This document shows positions 56,186-64,000 of a stretch of 64,000 nucleotides of DNA, one piece after another; positions within the stretch are counted from its first letter, which is position 1, and each line of letters opens with the position of its first letter. The position numbers were made by a program, and so were the translations under genes. The notes beneath the pieces are model-generated. The model saw only the letters and a program-made list of their open reading frames with translations, was not told where the DNA came from and searched no databases. This stretch comes from Reclinomonas americana ATCC 50394 (Eukaryota), in the NCBI GenBank assembly GCA_048213135.1, contig PS015022.1, positions 1 through 64,000 on the forward strand. Direction: 5' to 3'.

Positions 56186-58140
56186 ATGCTGACCCTTGTA
56201 TCATTGTCGCGACGTGCACTCAGCACACTGACGGTGAGAGCGAGAGAGCGAGAGAGAGTGAGAGTGAGAGGCAATGACAATCACTGCATCAGCAACGCAC
56301 ACAGTCAATCTGTCTGTGTGAGTGCGAGAGAGCGCGTTGCCTGTGCGTGTACACATAGAGAGACTGGCCTGTGTGTGTGTCTCTGGTGACAGTGAGCGCG
56401 CGATCTGAGTTGTCGACTGCTGCAACTGACGTGTTGATCTCTCTCACTCTCACGACACACAGCGACGACCAGTGACTGTGACTATGTTGCCAGGCAGTGA
56501 GGGCACTGTGGGCCCTGAGTTGACCGAGGCCGTGCAGCGAGTGTTTGCCGCCGGCGATTTCCCTATTGAGGTGCGTGATCCCTCTCTCTCTCACTGTGTG
56601 TGTGTGTCTTTACACACAACACTCATGCGCGTTTTTGGTGCTACAGTGGGACGTGCAACAGCTCAACCCCGAAGACATGCGGGATATCGGCACCGATCGG
56701 CTTCATCTGCCGGCCAACGTGCGATCGTCGATTGACCGCACGCGCGTGGTTTACAAAGGTCTCTTTTTTCTGTCTCTTCGCGCTCACACCCACGTAGGCC
56801 ACAGCGATGCTGATCCTCGCACACTCTGCTCAGGCACCTTCAACTCGTCGATCGCCAACCACCCACACAATCAGGTGGATCACGTGTTGGCCAAGGAACT
56901 CGGTCTCGTGGCGCATGTGGTACCCGTGCGATCGCCACCCGTCGACATCCCGTCCATCCCTGGACCGCGACAGTTGCGCTTTACGATTGTGCGCGAGAAC
57001 ACGGAGGACTTTTACAGTGGATTGGAACACGAAGTCGCGTTTGTTGTCGTTGTTGTTGTTGTAGTTGTTGCTCTTTTGTGACCGTGTTCACGCCTGCACA
57101 GGTCGTGCCGGGTGTGGTGGAAACGCTCAAAGTCATCACCGAGGAGAGCTCGCTGCGCATTGCACGCTTCGCCTTCAACTACGCTGTCGACAAGGGCATG
57201 GAGCGCGTCGTGTGCGTGCACAAGGCCAACATCATGTTTCGTGAATGCCAGTTGTCTCTTTTCTCTGTGCGGTTGCTGAACGCGCAACAGGAAGCTGACC
57301 GACGGACTGTTTTTGCGGTGTTGCGAGTCCGTGGCCAAGGAGTTCCCCAACATCAAGTTCTCCTCCATCATCATCGACAATTGCACAATGCAGGTGAGTT
57401 CAAGTGTGTCGTCTGCTTTGTGGTCGTCGGCTGATCCCCGCCCTCCGTGTGCGCGCAGATGGTGTCCAAGCCGGCGCAGGTGCGACACTGTATTCTTACC
57501 GTGTATATGCCGACCTGCTCCACTCACTCTGCCTCTGTAGTTCCACAACAATGTGTTTGTGACGCCCAATCTGTACGGATCTATCGTGACGGCCGTTGGT
57601 GCTGCCCTTGTCGGCGGCATGCTGGCCGGCGGTGCGTGCTGCGGAGGGGACCACTGTGGTGAAGTGCGTAGCTAATCACTCTCCTCCGCAGGCAACTACA
57701 CGGCTGCGTACGCGAATGGTGTGGCGGTTTTCGAGCAGGGCAATCGACACGCCAGCAAGCTGTCGGCTCGCAAAAACATTGCCAATCCGCTCGGCAACCT
57801 GCTCGCCGGCGCCATGATGCTGAAGCACCTGGGCATGCATGTTGCGTTTGACACGTGATGGTGATGTGCCACACACGGCTTTGTTGACACGTGTTCGTCG
57901 GTCGCAGAATGAGAACCTCCGCATCAAGCAGGCCATTACGCACGTCTTGCAAAACATGGTACGCGCGTCTTTGCCTCTTTGATCTGCTCCGCACGTGCTC
58001 ACGCGATGTAAAAAAATTAGACCCCACGAGAGCTGGGCGGCCGCGCCACACAGTCGGCGATCGTCGACGCCATGTGCGACCACGTGCGAAACAGCCGCGA
58101 CGACGCCAGCAAGATCGTGCTGCCCAACATTGCAGAGTAA
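56186..58140 (+). CDS. Mitochondrial NAD-dependent isocitrate dehydrogenase, non-catalytic (regulatory) subunit (multi-exon)
   Basis: Arg/Ser/Leu presequence; [42 protein letters not shown] (lacks the catalytic Asp pair) and ANP motifs. Confidence 0.88.
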
Positions 58141-58296
58141 GCCCACACGCGCGCGCGATGTCCGGTTTTGCGCAATCTGAGTTGCTCTCCGCCCGCTGAG
58201 ACACAAGTGAAAAAGACGAGAGAAACACACACACAGCCGACAAAACGATGGCACTGTGCATTTGCACTGGCTGGACCGGACAGAACAGGAGGTGGA

Positions 58297-59220
58297 TCAC
58301 TCGTCATCATCGTCGGCATCTGCAGTGGCCTTCTTGCTCTCCGTCGCCGCCGGAGCCGGAGTCGGAGGCGCCTGCATGGTCATCTTGCGCTCCGTCACGC
58401 CATGATCGCCCAGCAGCGCAATAATGTCCTCAACCGACTTTCCCACCAGATCTACTCTCCCCGCGCGCGCATGAGAGCAACGCACAATGCACGAGCAGAT
58501 ATAGACACGCACCATATCGCGCCTCCTCTTGACCCTTTGCGTCAAAGATAAAGAGCTCGGGATGATCGGCAGTGAACATGATTTGCAGCCCGGAGAACTT
58601 GGTCGAGTGGCGGAACACAAACTCCTTGACACCCGGGTGCTGTCACACACACACAGAGAGAGAGGTCAGCGGAGAGGCAACAGTGAGTGCGTGTGGCGGC
58701 GAGTCACCTTTTGCAGGCACATGCCAGCGCATGACTGTGCGTGCGTGCGTGCGGAGAAACCACATTGTCATCATCATTGTTACAAGAGAAGGACGCATGT
58801 CAGAGAGACGCACCACCAAACGCGCGCGATCCTTCTGATCGCGGAACTTCATCTGCGACAGATCACTGAACGCGCGTGTGCGTGTGTGAGAGAGAGACAC
58901 ACAAGAGAGAGTGTGTGTTCAGGCATGCCACGCAACACTCCATCCACAAACTTGGGCTTTTGCGCCGGTCTCACCAGCTCCTCCAGGTCCACATCCAACT
59001 TGCCACCGCCTGCGACCTTCACTCGACTCGCAGGAGGAGGAGGAGGAGGAGGAGCAGACTTCTCCTCTTCTTCCTCTTGCACGACTTCCTCCACTGGAGG
59101 AGGCGGAGGCGGAGGAGGCGCAGACTTGGCCGCCTTCTTTGGCTTCTTGGCAGCTGACACGCACAGAGCAGTGGCCAGCACGGCGAGCACGAGGAGCACG
59201 AGGAGAACACGAGCGCGCAT
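58297..59220 (-). CDS. SelM/Sep15-family ER thioredoxin-like protein without Sec (5 exons)
   Basis: Signal peptide, Pro/Glu linker, spliced RARLVSCAGMCLQKHPGVKEFV...PELFIFD-x-x-GQE...IIALL-x-x-HG aligning with the SelM pattern. Confidence 0.75.
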
Positions 59221-59270
59221 GACTATGAGAAACGCAAACGAAATTGCAGGCGCGTGACTTACTGTGCAGA

Positions 59271-60974
59271 ATGGTGTGCGTGCCTTGTTCACACGTGTGT
59301 GTGTCATTGTGCTGTTCTCATTGTGATCAATGATAGGATGCAACGGGTGCATGGTGGGTGCGCGTGACACTGGCCACTGTGTTGCTGTTCTTTGCTGCGG
59401 GCTTCTTCACCAGCTCACTCGATGGCAGTTGCATGCGCGTGCTCACTCTCTCTGTGTGTGCGTCTTTCCCGTTCGTCGCTGAGTGATCATGGTGCGCGCA
59501 GGTCGTTCAGCGTGCACGTTTGATGCCACACACGAGGGACTTGTGCGATCGACGACATGCGCGCGAGGCGTGCAGATCTTGGAGTGGGCGATGCTCCCGG
59601 AGGCGCCGGGGGTGACCACTGTCGTGCGCATAGTAAACGAGCCGGATCGGGAGGTGATGCGCGAGCCGTCGTTTAACGGGCAGCCGGTGGTCGAGGGCGC
59701 CATGCATCGCTTGTCGCATCTGCCGTACTGCGGCGACGATGCGTGCTTGTGTCACACGTCGGTGCGGGCGAGTAGGGCGTTTACGCGCGCGGAGCTGTTG
59801 GCGTTGGGATCGGGCGCGGCGGTTCCGTGTACGTTTCCGACTCCGACGGCGTCGTCAATGCCACGTGTGTCGGGCGCGATTGTCAGTGCCGATGATCAGC
59901 AGTGCAGGTGCGATGATGAGCATCCGCGGGAGTTTCGCACGTTGCGCGTGGATGGCGGCACGTTCTCCAGTCGCCTCTCGGGCTCGCTGTATACAAATCA
60001 GTGGGCGGTGCTGGCGCCGACGTTTTACAGTCTGCCGCTTACCGTGTCGGGTCGGCCGTTGCAGGTCGATGCCGCCGTCAACATGTGCTACGGTTTCACG
60101 TCGCCGTGGCAGCACTTTGTCACCGAGGTGATGGGCCAGGTGCTGCTGTTTATGGAGTCGGAGGAGTACGCGCAGCTGAAGAATGTCGTGTGGCTGACGC
60201 CGTCGCCGGTGAGTCGCGCTCTCGCTTCGCGTTCGCTTCTACGCTGGTTCCTCACCCGTGTTCTGGCGGCAGTACGCGGAGCGCATGCTGGTGGAGCGCG
60301 TCGGCATCGCGCGCGAATTCATCGTGCAGTGCTACCAGATGCGCTACACGCGTGCGGTGCAGGCGAAGCGCATGTACGTGTTCGGCTTCTTCCCGGTGCA
60401 CACGGTGGGCGTCACCATTCCGCAGGTGACACAGCGTGCGCGCAAGTTCTTTGTGCCGGAGCCCGACCTGCCGCAGGAGGAGCGGCGGCTGGTCATTGTC
60501 AATCGACGGTGTGCGCCCGACGCCCACGATCAGCAGCATACGGTGCGCTGCATCGAGAACCACAATCGAGTGCTGCGCGAGATCACAGCCTCGGTGCGCG
60601 AATTGCCGTTTGTGCGCGTGGTGGACTTTATCGGAGCGCACTATTCGCTGGACGAGACCATCGACTTGTTCCGGCGCGCACGCGTCGTCGTCGGCCCGCA
60701 CGGTGGCGCCAACGCCAACGTGCTGTTCTGCGCCCGCAACACCACCTTCGTGGAGGTGATTAGTCCGGACTCGCCCACCGACTACGCCAACTACTACCGA
60801 CTGGCTCGCCACCTGGGCCTGGAGTACGAGGCCTACCCGGTGACCTCCAACGGAGTGCACTACACGCGCGTCGACTGGCGACCGATCACCGCCATCGTGC
60901 GTCGCGCTTTCGGCAAGGATCCATTACCGGAGCCGGAGGAGCAACCAAAGCCGCAGCAGCACGTCGCAAGGTGA
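59271..60974 (+). CDS. Glycosyltransferase family 61 protein, type II membrane (multi-exon)
   Basis: N-terminal TM segment, WQHFVTE, R-x-IEN, VVGPHGGANANVLF...VEV and Y-x-x-LA-x-x-LGL-x-Y. Start exon inferred. Confidence 0.78.
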
Positions 60975-61050
60975 CACTCATCGTCGCGAGTGAATAGAAA
61001 TTCCATTAGTCGATATGATTGCTCTCGTGTTTTGATAGTGAGAGGAGACC

Positions 61051-62214
61051 ATGCGACAGAGTCTGTGTGGATGCTTTGACGACCTGGAGATCTGCTGCTG
61101 CACGTGGTTTCCGTTGCGCACCCACTCTCTCCTCTCTGTCTCTGTGTACATACATGCTCTCTCCCTGACATACCGATGTGCTGCTCTTTTGTCGGTGGTG
61201 CGCCACACATACAGCTTCACTCGTTGCTGCCAGATTGGTCGCAACCATGAAGGTACTCATGACAGAAGAAGAAGAAGCGCACTCAAGTCTCTCTCTCTCT
61301 CACACACGCGCACAAACGCATGCACGTGCAGCCGTGCAACAGCTGATCCGTGGTCAGCCTGTGTACTGGGGAGAGGGCACATGTGGAGGCATATGTTGCC
61401 TCGGTGAGTCGTGCACACACTCTCTGCTTCTTCTTCGTCTTTGTGAGATGCTCATTGTGAGAGGAGGAATCTCCGGATCATCACAGACTGCTTCTTTGGT
61501 GGTCTTGTTGCGTGACGATTCTCTTTCGTCTCTTGTCTCTACACGTATGCGCTGTCTCACTGTTGATGATGTACGCAGCCTGTTTCGTCGTGTGGAGCCT
61601 CAGCCCCTCTTGTCTCTGTGATTGACTCTGTGTCTCGCAGGGATTGTTCCTCACCTGCATGGAGCACCCGCGGACCATTCGACGAGTGATGGGCTACCCC
61701 GAGGAGGGCTGCTGCATGGATTGCCTGCTCGGTATGTACGCGATCGCTGTAATACGGTGTTACTGTCATGACGTCATGCACTCAACCCGTGCTTGCTCGC
61801 CACAGCCTGCTTCTGCTACCCGTGCCGGTCAGCTGCCACTGCGCCACGCTGTTTCCTCGTCTTGCACATATTGTCTCACTCAGCTCATGCAGTGTGTGTC
61901 AACTCGGCCGTGAGTTGAAGTACTACTCGGGAGCGGCGCAGCGCAGCGTGGTGGTGGTGACCAACAACAATGTGAATGTGATGGTCCAGCCACAAGCCGC
62001 CGTCAGCTACCAGCAGCTGCCGCCGCAGGCACCGCCGAGTGCACCAGCGTACTACCCGGCTGCTCCGCCGCCATATCCGTATGCCGGCCCGCCGCAGGGA
62101 CCGCCACCGGGCTACAATGCACCGCCGCCGTACCCGGGCAACATGGGCTACGCACCGACGGCACCTGCGCCTCCGGGATACGGTGGCTACGGCACGCCGG
62201 GTGGTAAGCAGTGA
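61051..62214 (+). CDS. PLAC8/cornifelin-family Cys-rich protein with a Pro/Tyr-rich tail (multi-exon)
   Basis: LCGCFDDLEICC, CCQIGRNHE, GCCMDCL and CVCQLGRELK motifs. Confidence 0.78.
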
Positions 62215-62306
62215 GGAAGGGGAGTGAGAGAGAGATGTCGATCGCGCTCGTTGTTTTTGTGATACTAAAGTGACCACGTGAGCCGATGATGATCTGTACA
62301 GCTACT

Positions 62307-64000
62307 TCATTCTTCATGCAACCCAAGTCGTACACGGTGATCGAATTCGTCACTCGGCAGCTGATCTCCGCGCGACTCATCGGCTCCGATGAGCGGCGTG
62401 CGATCGTGTAATGCGAGTGGTGCTGGTGGTGACGGCGATGCTGCTGCTGCTGCTGGTGTGCCATTGCGAGACCGACTCTGTGCCATGCCCATCTCCAGCA
62501 CCTCAATGTCGCCGAGCAGCGGTCGATTGAAGTCCTTGCGTCCCTCTCGCAGGTTGCGCTCAACCTTGTGCTCGGGCGCCAGTCGCGGTTTGTAATCTAC
62601 GTGGACAAACGCTCGCTCCACGTCGTTCATCGCCTGTGGCGGGTGGTGGGGTCAGACTGTGCAAGCTGCGCACAAGTGGTGGTTCACGGTGTACCTCAAT
62701 CCGATGCTGGACGAGCAGTGCAATGTCGTGCGACTCGGCCACCGTCATCTCGCCTGCAACGAGACGGGTGAGGAACGAAAAAAAGAGTGGTCTCTCCTGA
62801 GTGTGACAACCCACCAGGCAACACCAGGTCGACCTCCACGACAATCCTGCATGCATCATGTCAACAACAGCTGGTTGCAACCCTCCGGCTCATCGCCACT
62901 CAACTTTTCGCCAGCAAAGTACGCCACAATGCGATCCACGGGCGACTCGTCCATGTCGGCAAACACCTCCTGTTGCTTCACCAGCTCCTCCACTTCACGC
63001 ACGAATTCTGGGTCCGCAATGTGGCCGGCGATACGCCCGAGTGCCTCGTTTGCCATGTGCAGCCACGAGAAGAGAATCTGTCACGCAGCAGTGAGAGAAT
63101 AAACACACTGGCAGCGGATGGAGAGCAGCAGTGCGCACGTAGAGCGATATGGCCAGGGCTCCGATCGGATCCACGAACCAAAGGAAGCGCACCTGTGCGC
63201 CAATTGAGGCAGTGGCGATGGCCACGCTGTTGCTGAAGACGTCGTTGCGGTGGTCGGTGGCCAGCAACAGAGCCGAGCCACTGTGCCTGCACATGAAGAG
63301 AAGCGACTGTCGTCAGTGGCGACCTGATGAAGTCGCACTGTGGGCGTCGTGGCGCAACTTGCCGAGCCGGCGACAGTACAGGAACAGAAGGAACTTGGCG
63401 GCAATGGCCGCGCCCAGGGAAATGTATGTCGCCAGGTCCATGGTGACCAGCGCCGGGTTCTTGTGATACCAGCCGTCCCACAGATCACCAACGGCCTCCT
63501 TGATGACTGCGTGGGGAGGTGTGAGCCGCGAGAGGAGAGAAGTACAAGATGCGACCGACCTTCGAGATTGACCATTGACATAATGGCGGCCTGCACGAGC
63601 GTGTCGTGAGTGTAGGAAGGGAAGGGAAGGGAAAGAGGGGAAGGGGAGGGAGAAGAGTGCGGACCGTGACCATCATCCCGAGCGTCTCGTATCGCGATCG
63701 GCCGACAGGGAATCTCTCCGAGTGGGTCACCATCTTGCGACTTGTCCAGAACACCACTGGTGTGGAGGAGTGGTGGAGGAGATAGGCGGAGAGTGGGGTC
63801 AGCAGGCTGGTGAGATGAGAGGAGACAAGGAGAGAAAGGCAAAGATTCGAACAGGCGGTGGCTGATTGATGAAGATGCAATGCAGAAACACGCACCGACT
63901 TGACTGGTGAGGTCGACAACCGAGTCGCCCAAGCTGGCCAGCACCGACACGGAGCCAGAGACGAGATACGCGAAGAGCTTGACGCCCATTAGACCAACTG
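62307..64000 (-). CDS. Cation diffusion facilitator, Mn-CDF (MTP8/MTP11-like) clade; 5' end outside the window
   Basis: SGS-x-SVLASLGDSVVD, FPVGRSRYE, DHRNDV, DPIGA, VEVDLVLP, SHDI and VERAFVHVDY motifs. Confidence 0.9.

Noticed and set aside
31553-64000. Alternative genetic code or in-frame Sec UGA in the eukaryote
   Set aside because: In the exons I traced, stops fell in introns or at gene ends, and TAA, TAG and TGA all serve as terminators. Not every exon was checked.

Overview
The window joins two unrelated genomes across a 963-N gap (30590-31552). Left part (1-30589): GC-rich, intronless Caulobacter-type alphaproteobacterial DNA. It carries two tRNA-Leu genes, msrB, pccA, lipB, mgtE, spmX with a sigma54 promoter, a leucine-catabolism (liu/mcc) cluster, fdhD plus a frameshifted FdhF/YdeP oxidoreductase, and the start of the S10 ribosomal protein operon, which becomes error-rich near the gaps. 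Right part (31553-64000): a compact, intron-dense eukaryotic (protist-like) genome with short GT-AG introns rich in TG/AG microsatellites. By hand I reconstructed genes for a BTB-BACK protein, a four-CX9C protein, a Josephin-UIM-UBX deubiquitinase, AIDA, a ~13.8 kb giant alpha-actinin-like gene, a scramblase-like protein, a non-catalytic NAD-IDH subunit, a SelM/Sep15-like protein, a GT61 glycosyltransferase, a PLAC8 protein and a Mn-CDF transporter. Most interesting signals: frequent one-base-shifted 5' splice sites (GT-Y-GCGT / GT-T-TCGT); the giant actinin; a SelM homolog with Met at the Sec position (CAGMC); and an unannotated 22-codon bacterial ORF behind a 17-nt perfect complement of the 16S rRNA 3' end. 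Eukaryotic exon structures are manual and approximate. No database searches were run.
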